Source: Octopus bimaculoides
Taxonomy: Eukaryota
Assembly: GCF_001194135.2 (NCBI RefSeq)
Contig: NC_068981.1
Location: forward strand, 134,451,292 to 134,515,291
Reading direction: 5' to 3'
DNA length: 64,000 bases
Shown: positions 50,751 through 63,850 of the stretch, piece by piece
How the letters are laid out: each line of letters opens with the position of its first letter
Numbering within the stretch: position 1 is the first letter of the stretch
Position numbers and translations under genes: made by a program
Notes under the pieces: model-generated
Told to the model about the DNA's origin: nothing
The model's input: only the letters and a program-made list of their open reading frames with translations
Databases searched by the model: none

Positions 50751-52670
50751 CTCTCTCTTTCTCTCTTTTTCTCTCTCTCTCATCTGTAATATTTCTATTT
50801 TATTTGTCTTTTTTCAAGTAAATGCCATGTATAAGCTGTGTTTACCACGTAGATCTGTTAATTATTTCTCCAGGATGTGTATATAATTTTTGTCGCTTAT
50901 AGATCATTCACCCTAACTTTCCTCATCCTTCTACAAAAGATTGTAACATGCAGTTGTGTAAATGATAAATGAATTTAAGCATGATTATTTACTTTAGTTC
51001 ATTAAAATCTTAATTCTATCATTTATCTTTGACAACTTAAATAATTTGTTGTTGATCCAAGCTATCAACAAACTCACCCACAAAGCTAATTCTGCAATCA
51101 ATATTCCTATAGATAACCATGCTACTAGAACCAACAATCCTTAATTCCAACTTTGATAGTAACCATTCATGAAAGTTTAACAATAGTGATAAGGGATAAT
51201 TTTTTTTTTTTTAATCTCTTATCACTAGTTTTCATGGTGCATGTACAAATATCTTAAAAATACAGGTATCCATTTCCCCATAAATTATCCCCACTAAAAA
51301 AAACCTATGTAAATAGAATATACAGAGATCAGAAGAATCTTTTATCTTTCACTAGTTTCAGTCATTGGACTACTACAATGCTGTGACATTGAATTTGAAA
51401 GGTTCTAGTCAAACAAATTACTCCCAGTACTTAATTTTTATGTGTCCTCTCAGTCTTTTTTTGTCAAACCATTAAGTTAGGGACATAAATAAATCAACAA
51501 TAATTGTCAAGTAGGGGATGGGAGAGGACAAACACAGACACAAAGCCACACGCATACATATGAATACACGCACATACACAGACACACAAATGTCTTCCTG
51601 GCATTAGTAGAACACTTTTTATTGAATTCTGATCTTAGTGACTTAGATAAATGTTGAAAAACAGAAATTGTATTTCAATCCAGATATCATAATTTTGCCA
51701 AGAAATCTTTTTATTCAAAACAAGATGAAAATAGCCATCTGTTCACCTAGAATACATCTACTCTTGCCAGTGTATTTAATTTCTATATCAATAAAATATA
51801 TTTAAAATCTATTTGCTCTACTTTCTGTCTTTTGACTCTCCTGAGTAATAAACTATCTTTTACCTAATAATTGTTTCAAATTTTGGCACATGGCCTGCAG
51901 TTTTAGTGGGATGAGGTTAGACAATTACATCGACCCTGAAAGGAGGAAAGGCATTGTTGACCTCAGTAAGATTTGAAATCAGAATGTAAAGAGCTGGAAG
52001 AAATTCCACTGGATGCCTAGCTTTTACCCTAGGATGGATAAGTATCAGTGCATGGAACTCTTGATCCTTGAGTCACTCTGTAACTTCTGTCAATTAATAA
52101 AAAAACAATATATCTTTTACCCTAAAAATAGTAAATGTTCAGAAACTAAGATAAACTCTTTCATCATTAAATTTTTTTTAAATAAAAGATACATACTCTT
52201 ACCTATAATATTTTCCCTGGTTAGTCTTTCTTGTAAGAATTATCACACGTGAATCATTAGAAGTTCTGAAATTGTCATCTGTCAAAAATGGCCAATATAT
52301 GATATTGAGGCAGACAGAGCATGTCAGAAGTATACAACTTACTATCTCACAACTTACCTCAGTGGCATTATCATCAAACTGTCAAATCGCTTTATATCTC
52401 TTGCATATTTCAAACAGTATCAACAATGAATATTTGATTGATGCCTTAAACCAGACGATTGTGGTTTTTCATATTCAGTATCATATACACAGATAGATGT
52501 TGATCTCCTTAAAGGGGAAATATAGGTTTATATTGATTATATGAGTTTCAGCCAACCAGTCAATCTTCTGATTAACACTTTGTTCTATAATGAATATATA
52601 GAAATACTGAAATTTTGATCAGGCACAAAAATGATTGTTATAATTATTTTTCTTTTTCTTTTCTGAAAAG

Positions 52671-52700
52671 CTGGGAAAGATTTAAAAACCAAAATGCAGA
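52671..52700 (+). CDS. Candidate 30-nt phase 2/2 micro-exon (WERFKNQNA)
   Basis: Long polypyrimidine tract, AAG acceptor (uncommon), GTAATT donor, symmetric and open. Confidence 0.25.
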
Positions 52701-53189
52701 GTAATTGTTTCTGTGCTGATAAATGGTTTTTATAGAATTATTTTGTATTGCGGTACTCACTCTAGTGCTTATAAATTGTTATATGAAGGAATATGTATTT
52801 ATTTATTTCTCAAAAGTGATTTCATGTTTATCATCCCTTGGCCAACTGCCTTCTACTATAGCCCCAAGCTATTCAAAACCTTGTGAGGAGGTTTGGTATG
52901 CAGAAACTGAAAGAATCTCATTATATATGTGTGTTTTGTCTTCTTATCTTGACATCATGCACTAGTTGTAAATGAACTTCACCATCATCATATAAGTAGC
53001 ATCCTTCATTTCTGATCTTCTTTGAAAACATGTCTGACTGTCGGGAAATATTACCTCACTTGGAAACAGGTGAAGGTTGGTGACAGGAAGGGCATCTGGC
53101 CTTAGAAAATTTGCCTCATTGCATTCCATCTGATCCATGCAAGCATGGAAAACTGAACGTTATAACAATGATGAACCCCTACTCTAGAG

Positions 53190-53541
53190 TAGGGGTTCTC
53201 AACCAGGGTCCATATGGTTCCTGAGGGTGCATATATGATTTTTGGGGGTCCACGCAACAAAATAGTCAAATTGGGGATCACAATAGTATTTTAAGGGCCC
53301 CTGAAAAAATTTTGTTTTAGGTGTATGTATTGGTATGTGTTGCAAGAAACAGCTAGGTTTCTTTCTCTAATGTTTTACAAGGTTTAACCTACACAAGTTA
53401 ATGTGTGAAAAACGAAATTGGAATTTTGAAAGAAGTTTGTATAAAACTAGTTTTTAAACATCGAATGGCTTTGAAGGTCCTCCAGAATAAAATAGTAATG
53501 AAAGGGGTCCATAGATAAAAAAAAATGGTTGAGAACCCCTG
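53190..53541. mobile_element. hAT (Charlie-like) MITE, 352 bp
   Basis: TIR (T/C)AGGGGTTCTCAACC / GGTTGAGAACCCCTG. 8-bp TSD CTCTAGAG (53182-53189) / CTCTTGAG (53542-53549). Confidence 0.9.
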
Positions 53542-53661
53542 CTCTTGAGAGAATGTGTACATTCAACAACTGATAGATTTTAAATTTCAACCTAGCTGGG
53601 TTTTAATTTAGCCTCAGTGTTGTCTGAATCAAGCATACTCTCTTATGTAAACTGTTTATAT

Positions 53662-53905
53662 CAGGGCTGTGGAGTCAGAGTCAGAAACAATTAAGGGGCA
53701 ACTGGAGTCAGTAAAACCAACTCTGATTCCAACTCACAATATCTTTATTCTTTAATATAAACCAGTTATAACATATAGGCCTACTCAAAGTACAAGTGTA
53801 TGCATATGCTTTATGAGATATGTAGACCACAATCATTTAATTACATAATGAGGGGGTGGAGTCAGAGTTGGAGTCAAAGTTTTTTGTTTCAACTCCACAG
53901 CCCTG
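53662..53905. mobile_element. hAT-type MITE, 244 bp, with subterminal GGAGTC repeats
   Basis: TIR CAGGGCTGTGGAGT / ACTCCACAGCCCTG. Perfect 8-bp TSD GTTTATAT (53654-53661 and 53906-53913). Confidence 0.9.
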
Positions 53906-53934
53906 GTTTATATATCAGTCAGTACTCAGAATAA

Positions 53935-54636
53935 ATTGGCTGATAGTGTAGAGCTGATCCACCACACTGTTGCAGTGTGATGGCCTATGTGCATCAATGA
54001 CCTTGAGAGCCATGCCAGTAGAGTGCAGGTTCCTGGTAGGACCTCCTATGCTGAACAGATCAAAGGACAGAGGTCAGACTACTATGGACCACCTGTTAGG
54101 TAGGGGGGGGATCCAAAAGGGGTCTTCAGGAGTAGTGTCCCTGCCTTCCTGAGCTAGTTTTCCATCACATTTCTTAAAAATTGTGGTAGAGGCCTTGATC
54201 TCGGGACCCCCCCCCCCTGTCTAGAAACTGAAGTTGGGGGTAAGCAAGGGCATACACCCTGGAGAAAATCCAGCTCCAAAAATGCCTTATGATAACAAAG
54301 GAGAATGGGCACCAGCCAGTGACAAAGGTTGGGTGGGCTGCACCTGCCTACCTCGGTTGCTATGGCATTGAGGTAGATCCGGCCACCTCCATTAATGGGG
54401 ATAAATCCTGGATTTAAATCACTGGACGATGATGTTCCCAGTGGTAAAAATATCTTTGCATAGGACCAACACCCCTGCCTAGAAAAAAAGGAAAGCAAAG
54501 TTACAGAAGCATCAATTGCAATTTAAAACCGACAAAACCTGGAGATGGGAGAAGCAGAAAAACAGCTCAGAATCAAAAACATTGGAGAAATGTCATCAAT
54601 GGCCTATGCTCCTTGGAGAAGAAAGACTTAAGTAAA
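53935..54636 (+). mobile_element. Internally deleted RTE-like element (GC-rich 5' UTR joined to the 3' end)
   Basis: 5' part GATGGCCTATGTGCATCAATGACCTTGAGAGCCATGCC...GGTAGGACCTCCTATGC resembles RTE 5' UTRs. The 3' part encodes TAQNQKHWRNVINGLCS (compare AQDR..WR.LV.GLCS) and ends CTTAAGTAA. Confidence 0.55.
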
Positions 54637-55589
54637 TAGACCTGATAATTTTTATCATAACTACATCACCAGCCAATTTAAAGGGTAAAGACCTCCTTCG
54701 GTCATGAATGACTATGTGCTTGCACGTAGGAAGTTACCCTCCGAGGCACAAAGTCCAGACAAAGTTGTTTATAGAAGACCAGCAGTCACCCACGCATACC
54801 AGCCTCCCCTTTCCACACCACTGATGTTATCCAAGGGAAAGGTAAAGGCTGATACAGCTTGGCAGCAGTGATGTTGCAACTCATTTTTACAACTGAGTGA
54901 ACTGAAGCAATGTGAAATAAAGTGTCTTGCTCAAGAACACAACACAGCCCAGTCTGGGAATCAGACTTACTACCTCATGATTGTGAACCTAATGCTCTAA
55001 CTACTGAGCCAATTTACTCTAGCATTTAAACTAGCCATATCTTGCCAAAATTTTCTACCTAGTTTATGTTCAAACCAGTCAGATCTGGCCTCTCACACTA
55101 ATCCTACCATGTCATTCTAAAAATAAACAGTTATCTCATCAAAATCTCAAAGCTACAAGATAATGCATTATAAATTCTAAACATTGTGAATAAATAATGT
55201 GAATGCTAAAGGGTTAAAATGCATGATGAGTAAAATTGCATATTATAGGATAATGAAATTAATTATTTTTTAATTATATTTATTATTGCTCCTAAGTGAT
55301 TTAATGTTATATATTTAGACTCTGAAAATGAGTTTGAAGCTGCTTATATTTTCATATTTGACCCAAAATTTTTCATTTCACAGTTATGGCATATTTAAAA
55401 CTGAAATATCAAATAAATTAACATTTTCTCTTTATTGTTTTGCTCTTCATCACAATTATTGTGGTTTACATCTCTGCTTCAAAATAAACAAAGGGCTCAT
55501 AAATTAACTTTCACACCCACCCATGCCTTGTGGCATAATTTTTTTCTTTAATTCATTATTATTAGTCTGTCCTTTTTTTTTTATTTCAG

Positions 55590-55711
55590 GTTATACGCTG
55601 ACACACGATGAAGCTGTTTCTTGTTAAACACCACATATGTTACACTGAGTTACATAGAATCATCATTGTGTAAAAAAGTATGCCTTTATTAATGGCAAAC
55701 TGTTATGCATG
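55590..55711 (+). other. Exon-like segment: stop-containing terminal/UTR exon or non-coding exon
   Basis: Strong acceptor (T-rich...ATTTCAG) and strong donor ATG|GTAAGT. All frames stop early (LYADTR* in phase 2; GYTLTHDEAVSC* in phase 1). Confidence 0.35.
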
Positions 55712-57329
55712 GTAAGTTACGCTTAATTTTGTTGCAAAAAGCACCATTAATCTCACCCTTCACCCTCAGAATACCATTTTTGCTCATCATCACCACCACC
55801 ACCACCACCATCATCATTATCATCATCATCCATCCATTTTCCATGCCAGCATGGTTGGACTGGTAATAAATGGGTTTATAATGACTTGCAGAGTGAGCAA
55901 CCAGTGATGTTGGATGACTCAGTGTCTCCCTGTGGTTATTACTTCTCATTTCAGTCATCTAATTTATTTTGACAGTGTTTCCAATGACAGTATATATAAT
56001 ATATTAAAGAGATTTTATGAAATTATTGTTTCTACTGCGCTGAAATCTATTCTATCCCTTTCAAATGATGAGCTTATATTAAAAGTGCTCTATACCACAT
56101 GTATGTGAAACATAAGCACCAAAGTAGAAATCTAATTGCAACTGGATAGATATGAAGTGTGTTTGGTTTATTAGATGTGCATCAGCCGTCTGAGACTAGT
56201 TTAATAAAAATGAGTCGAGGTGAGGTCAATTCATTGCATGATTGTATTGAAAGAGATATGAAATGCAAATAGATAATGTACATTGGATGGGAAGCTACCT
56301 TATGTTGATAATGGAAGGTGCATGTAGTGTAGATTGATTAATTAAGAATTGGCATGAGAGAGACTTAGAACAAATGTTAGTAAGTTAGGTCTCATTAGAG
56401 ATAATAATATGGATATTTCTTAGAGATGTCTATATTATTTATTATGGAAAATCAATGTAAACTAATGATAAGCTCCTTTTGGATTTTAGACAGATATTGT
56501 AAAGTATTTGTACTTACGTACTATCAAAACATAGTTCTGTTAATGGCAACAGCAACAATAAGTGATGGATGAGTAGTTAGGTGTAGGAATGGCTGTCTGA
56601 TTAAAAAGCTTGCTTTGCAACCATATCGTTTCAAGTTCAGTCCCACTGTGTGGCACCTTGGGCAAGTGTCTTCTACTATAGCCCCAGTCCAATCAATTCC
56701 TTGAGAGTGAATTTACTAGATGGAAACTGTGTGGAAGCTTGTCATGTATATGTGTGTCTCTTTGTGTCTGTGTTTGTCAAAACACCCCCTCTTCCACCAC
56801 TTGACAACAACTTTTGATGTGTTTACATCCCTGTAACTTTGCAGTTCAATAAAAGAAACTGATATAATAAGTATCCGACTTAAAATAAGTACTGAAGTGA
56901 ATTTGTTCAGCTATAACCTTCAAGATAGTGTTCCAGCATAGCCACAGTCCAAAACTGAATCCAGTAAGAGAATATAAAAGATGAATAGTAGCTGAAACCA
57001 TTGACAAGCTTCTCATAACTTGGAAGGTTTAAGTCATAAAAGGCTAATTGGCTGAGTTGGTAGAATGCCATGTATTATTTATTCTGATCCTCTACACTCT
57101 AAGTTCAAGTCCTGCTGAGATCAACGTTGCCTTTAATCATTTTGGCGAGCTGGCAGAATTGTTAGCATGCCAGGTGAAATGCTTAGTAGTATTTCGTCTG
57201 TCTTTACATTCTGAGTTTAAATTCTGCCATGGTCGACTTTGCCTTTCATCTGTTTGGGGTTGATGAAATAAGTACCAATTGAGCACTGGGGACAGTGTAA
57301 CTGACTTAGCTACTACTGGGTAAGAGTAT

Positions 57330-58408
57330 TGATGCGACCACCGAAAAACAAATTAATGTTAGATCCCTATTCCTCGAGTTGGGTTTGAAACCGTATTCTG
57401 GTTGTTGAGGACAATGGTATTTCCTTTGTCCTATGAACAAGTACAGTTATTTTTAGCGTAGGAGTGATCGCTGACCTTTTCCGGTCAGCGAAAGTTCAGA
57501 AAAACAAGATAGGAATTGTACTGAACTGACCCAGCTTTGAAGGGAGTAAGGTAGCACTATTGAGCTACGGTATTTGTGATAAATACAACAGCGAGAGTTG
57601 GGGACAGGGGAATTGGCACGAGCGGTTGGCCCGAGGCAGTTGGCCAGAGCAGTTGGCCAGGGAGTTGGATGAAGAACGTCAGCCAGTGAAGATGTACAGC
57701 AGTTGATGTGAAGGCCAGTGGAGCCAGTGAAGATGAACAGAGAGACTGACAGAGAGAGGCTGAGAGAGAGAGCCTATGGTCAGCAGATAGGGACTGAAGC
57801 AATGAGAGAGAGGGACAGAGAGATGGAACTGTTGTGGCAGCCAAGAGATTGTAGTAGTCAGTTGGTCACTTCTTGTGGATTATTGCTGGAGCTTTGAAGG
57901 AAAGAAAATTCTTGCGGTAAAGGTTTGTGTAAATATTCTTTAAAAAGAGAACTTTGTTAAATGTTTTCAAAGAAAAAGAGATTTTGTTAACTGGTGGAAA
58001 AGAAAAGAAAAGAACTTTGATGGGACATGTTAATGGAAAAGAAAAACAACGAAGTGAAAGAACTTTTAATTCGACTTGATATATGAACTCTTGATTGTAA
58101 ACTTTTGCTTATGTAATGATTGAAAACCTTTGTATTGTTACATGTGCTTAGAACTTTATTGTTACATGTTATTTCAGAATTATTGTTATGCAATATTTTG
58201 ATGATGATGATGTTTTGATGTAAAAAGTTAGTTCCACTACCCAACGCATGGTCTCCGTGTTATTTCTTCCTCCTTTTGCCTGTTGTCTTCGTTACGTGCT
58301 CCGGCTGGGCTTAGTCGTGGCGAACATCCCGACTCACTGAGCGTCGACGTTCGTGCGCGCGCGAGTTTTCTCTTCGTCGAGGTGCTTCGCGTGTGGGCGT
58401 TCGTAACA
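57330..58408. mobile_element. Young solo LTR, 1079 bp
   Basis: TG...CA termini with an imperfect IR (TGATGCGA / TCGTAACA), 4-bp TSD GTAT (57326-57329 and 58409-58412), internal short tandem motifs, and CpGs retained. Confidence 0.7.
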
Positions 58409-59502
58409 GTATAAAAACTGCACCATTCTGCCAAGCCATATCAAGCTAGTATGGCAGAGTAGGCTCATCAAACCAGTATGATCTCAAGCTCAAATTCATA
58501 TCAGACCATGGTTGGTGGAGAGAACATGCTGAGGCCTTCGTCCTGCAGTGGACTGAGCATAGGTAACCCAGTCTAATCCAAAAATGCCCCAATACAGGAC
58601 AGTTGAATAGTGAATTGGTAGAATTGATAGAGTATTGGATGATATGCCTTGTAGTATCTTTTCTGGTTCTTTGCATTCCGACAGCAGTGCCTTCAATGCC
58701 GCTAGTGCAAAGCTGTGTTGGCCCAAATCAGTGACATTTACCTTGGAGAATATTGGTAGTCTAGAGATGGGAGATTTGCATGCATGGGTGACTACCAGTC
58801 TTCCACAATAGACATTTCAATCTTGACTTACAGATGCCTAGTATGTCATCGTCATCATCATTATCATTTTAATGTCTGCTTTTTCAAGCTTGCATGCATC
58901 GTATGGATGCATGATCACCTGTCACCAATGATCACCTGTTTCTAAGTAAGGTAATATTTCTCCCAGAAATAGGGTAGATTGAAAACGAAAGTCACTGCTT
59001 GCATGACATTGACACTTGTTTAGAACTATCACATCATGTTTAAGACAAGGTGACAGTAACAAACACACACACATACACACATGTTTTTATGCTGTGTTTA
59101 CAGCTCCAGGTACTTATAATTATGGCAGGCTTTTTTTTTAGTTTACATCTATGATATTTAAAATAGTTTCTGTCCACCAAATCCACTCAGAAGACTTCAG
59201 TCAGCTTGGGACTATAAGAGAAAATACATACCAAAAGTGTCACACAGTGGAACTGAACCTGAAATCATGTGGTTGGAAAGTGGACGTCATGGAACCACAC
59301 CTGCACATGATGTATATTTGGCATATACAAAGCAAAAGACTGGTGCTGATCTCGTAGCAATATTACTTTTAGAATAGCTGCAAAAGAAATTATTTTTCTT
59401 TGTCACTCTCTGTCCATCTCCCTCCCTCCCTCTCTTCATGTTTATGTTTTGTGGACATTTTAAAACAAAATATGATTTTCTATTTTGAAGTAATAGATTT
59501 AG

Positions 59503-59536
<34 letters not shown>

Positions 59537-59546
59537 NNNNNNNNNN

Positions 59547-59588
<42 letters not shown>

Positions 59589-61329
59589 AGAATTATGATT
59601 TAAAAAAATCTAGTTTCATGCAGTGCAAACTTCAGCATAAACGTTTCCAGAGACAATATTTTTTGTTCTGTGCTTATAGCTCTTGGCATTTTTAAGGAAA
59701 AAAAAATTGCTTGAAATATCAAATGTCTGTTAGTGCTTGACTACTTCAGTTACATTGTCATTTTCAAATTGTAGACCTAGCTAAATGCTAAGGATGTCCT
59801 CTTATGTGCTACAGAACTTCTTCTATTTTCCTTAATATTCAATATTGGTTACTTTATAGATAATAATCTAAAATGCTTATTAATATAATTTTCTATTATT
59901 GTAACTAAGCCATCGGTTTAGAAGCAGTCAAATAGAAATGGTATTAAAAATGTTTTTGTCCTTTTTTTTGAAGGGTGTTTTTTTTTTTGTTTTTTACAAT
60001 TTCCATTAAATATGAAATCAATTAGTCATTTTTTTTCTCTTTTTGTACATCTAGGATATTTAGAATATTGCCATTTAAAATATGTTGTGATTTTAAAGAA
60101 TGAATTACTGAGAGTGATATATTTAATAATTTACTGATATGCAGTGTTCTAAACCCACACAATTATTTTTACCAGCATAAAATATCATCACCATTGTTTT
60201 AACGTCTACTTTTCCATACTTGCATGAGTCAGTGGAGTTTATTAAAGCACATTTTCTACAGCCGGATATCCTTCATGTTGGCAATCTTTATTTCCAAGTA
60301 AGGCAATATTTCCCCATGACCAGAAATGTTTACACAGAATATTGGAAATGAATGACAGTTATTTACAACAAAGATCTGACTCCATAGGGAGACAGAAACA
60401 CATTCACACTCACGCATACATACACATATCTGTTAAATATAAACTCATGATCTTTTACTTTGTTTTTATAAGGAATTACATAGCAGCAATATTATACAAA
60501 GAAAGGGCAACAGGGTGGCAAAATCCATTAGCATGCTGGGCAAAATGCTTCACAGCATTTCATTTGTCTTTATGCTCTGAGTTCAAATGCTGCCAAGGTC
60601 AATTTTGCCTTTCATCCATTTGTATTGATGAAATAAGTACCAGTTGAACACTGGGGTCAATGTAGTCGACTTTCCCCTCCTCCAAAATTGCTGGCCTTTT
60701 GCCAAACTTTGAAACCAATATTATACAAGGTAGAAACAAAATAGGTAATTAAATGATGAAATAGATCACTAACCTATTAGTCTTGAGTTCAAAACACACT
60801 GTATGTATTTCATTGTATTCTGAACAATATTTGTCCTACTTTGGACAGAAGGCCTAAAATGCCAGCTAATTTAACACGTCCATCTGAGGGTTGACTGTCT
60901 TTTCGTGTGTAACAATCTCTGAACACATTTCATCTAACTACATTCCTTCCATAATATAACTGTTCATCAAGGGGTACAGGTGAAGAGGTTTCCCAGTAGA
61001 CTCACTGCCAAATAGAGCAAAGGGCCTGAACTGATGAGAGGTTGCTTTTCAGCTATTATATCATTGTATATAATCACATATCCTTCTTCCCACTGGTTTG
61101 TGCTGGTGCTACAGTGAGTACAGGATTTTGTGAGGCTTTCCTGCAATCACACTGACCTCTAGCTTGAAACACAATCCCATATCCTCTATTTCTAACTCGT
61201 CTGTTATTTTCTTAATTTTAGTTTATTCCTTATAAAACTATTTCCATCTCACACACCATCAACTCTGGCTGTGGTACATACATACTACATACATACATAC
61301 ATACATACATACATGCATACATACATAAT

Positions 61330-61556
61330 GGAGATGTACTTGTATAGCAAGTGACCTGACCTGAGATCATGTGCTGAAATAAAAACAATTGCAGCATGGA
61401 AGGTGTTTATAAGCCATGCTGCATGGAATTTTGTCAGTAAACAGGTCACAGTCTCAAAGCGACGAAAATATTTTGGCAAATTAAATTCAAATGTTGAAGT
61501 GAATCTAAAGGTTTTTGTGTGTTTTTAAATGGCTTATAAACACTTTCCATGCTGCA

Positions 61557-61560
<4 letters not shown>
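61330..61560. mobile_element. MITE with long TIR (left end preserved)
   Basis: GGAGATGTACTTGTATAGCAA left end. 61386-61417 and 61529-61560 are reverse complements (CAATTGCAGCATGGAAGGTGTTTATAAGCCAT, with few mismatches). Confidence 0.7.
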
Positions 61561-61603
<43 letters not shown>

Positions 61604-63688
61604 AGTTAATAAAAAAAAACATGCATCAGAAAGAAGTACACTCTAAAGAATAGTGCAGTAATTATTACAGTGAAAATTTTGTATCTTGGACATAGAGTGG
61701 CTGCGAAACCTTGGGTAATTCTATGTCCAAGATATAAAATTTTTGTTTGATGCATGTATATATATATATATGATGAACTTCCACACAGTTTCTTTTCATC
61801 TGACAAATTCACTCACAAGGCATTGATTGGCCCAGGGTTATAGTAGAAGATACTTGCCCAATATGTCACATAGTCGACTGAACCCATAATCACATGCTTG
61901 CAAATCAAGGTTCCTAACTACACAGCCATGCCTGCACCTGTTACAGATTCTTTTTGTCTTAGAATACATGTAAATTTATTCAAAGTACTATGATGTTGTA
62001 AATGTGTATCACAATAGTTGCGTGGGTTGGTGTATGTGCATTGGTATTCACAAATGGGTATCTCTACAAGGTTTTGTGTATAATTGTCCTTTACATTTCA
62101 TGGAGTTCATTTGATTCTTTAAGCTGCTGTCATTTATATTACAATGTGGTTTAGATCACAAGACAATTAATGCAACAAAAACTGAGCAAGTCACCCACAG
62201 ACAGAAAAACAAATAACCTCAACATTGTTTTCAATTATCATATGAGTAGGCTGTCATTTTTAGATTACAACAAAAATACTGACAGCGTGATGAAAATTTT
62301 AATTTCTTTCTTACACTACAATCTACAAGTCAAGGGATTTATAAACAAGAACTTTTGAATTAAGTATACTTCTGAATGACATTAAATATTTTAACTTACA
62401 CAACATGAGTATGTTAATTTAACAATTTCTAAATTCTTTTCATCATCACAATCATCATCAGCATCATCATCAGCTGCAGCAGTAACATCAGCAGCATCAT
62501 TTGATGTTTGTTCCATGCTGAGATGTGTTGGGCGGTCTGATAGGATTCTGTGGGCCCAAGGACTGCATTATGCTCCAGTGTCTGCTTAAACATGGTTTCT
62601 ACAGGTAGATGCTCTCACTAACACCAACTGCTTCACAGTATGTTCTGGGTGCTATTCTTCATACCAGTTCTAGTGAGGCTGTCATGCAGTTTGAAGGGAT
62701 ACAAATCCAGAGGGGGTCAAAACTTATGCTTGGAAATCATGGGTAAAAGTATGAGAGAAGAGGCTAGAGTTGAACAGGTCTCTTACTATTGAGGAGCTGC
62801 ATGACTTCTCATTTTAGAAGAGAGTATAGGAGTGATTGAGTGGAGTCAGTGTGAGTGGAGCAGATGAGTAGAGTGAGTTGAGAAGATTGAGTGCAGCAAT
62901 GAAGTGGGGCTGACAGTGCTGAACAGCAGAATAGTGATGAAACAGTAAACAAGAGAATGATGTGAATGTGATGATGTTGGGTAGATTGCAGTAGTGGGTA
63001 GAGAAAAGAGAAACAGACTTAGTGCATGAGGAGGGTGAGAAACATATGGTGGTGGAGGAGGTGATCAGTCAAGTGTGGGTGGAGAGAAGAGAATCAGAAA
63101 GTAAATTAAGCAATTCATTGTATATTTTCAAACTGAAAATATATTCTATGAAATAATTTTCTTTAAAGAATTTATTAAAAATAGTACTTACTTGAAATGA
63201 AAGGTCATTTGTTCATAAACCATTTATATAATTTTTTTTCTTATTATGGGAATAGGTATAGATATGGCTGTTGTGGTTAAGAACTCTACTTCATAACCAC
63301 TTAGTCTAAGCTTCAGCCACATTACATTGCACCTTGTGCGTATGTCTTCCATAACAGATCAGGCCAAACAATGTTTTTTTAGTGAATTTGGTAGACAGAA
63401 ACTGTACAAAGCCTATCATATGTGTGCGCGCTTGTGTGCATGAGCATATTTGCATAAATATTTGCATCCTGCACTTTGGAAGTTGAGTGGAATTAAAATT
63501 GTTTTACTTGAAAATAGATAAGGGTTACAACAGGAAGGGCATTCAGTTGTGAAACAATACTGCAATAATGTATTCATACAACCCATGCTACCATGGAAAA
63601 ATGAACATAAAAACAAATGAATAACTGAATGTTAAGCTCATATTTATGTTTCTGAAAGATTGCACAATACAAAACTCTTCTATATATA

Positions 63689-63850
63689 CCATATTTTAAT
63701 GTGTATAAGGAACCCCCTAATTTTTGTGATTTAAAATTTGGAAAAAAGGTTTAGTAAGGGATTATAGTACTATCCATGTATAAGAAACTCCCATATTTTT
63801 TAAACCTAATTTTTGACAAAAATGGGTTCCTTATACACGGTAAAATATGG
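63689..63850. mobile_element. Tc1/mariner (pogo/Tigger-like) MITE, 162 bp
   Basis: TA-CCATATTTTAATGTGTATAAGGAACCC ... GGGTTCCTTATACACGGTAAAATATGG-TA. Confidence 0.8.

Noticed and set aside
57557-58434. ORFs of 65-95 aa on the - strand
   Set aside because: They lie inside the solo LTR, are low-complexity, and have no domain motifs.
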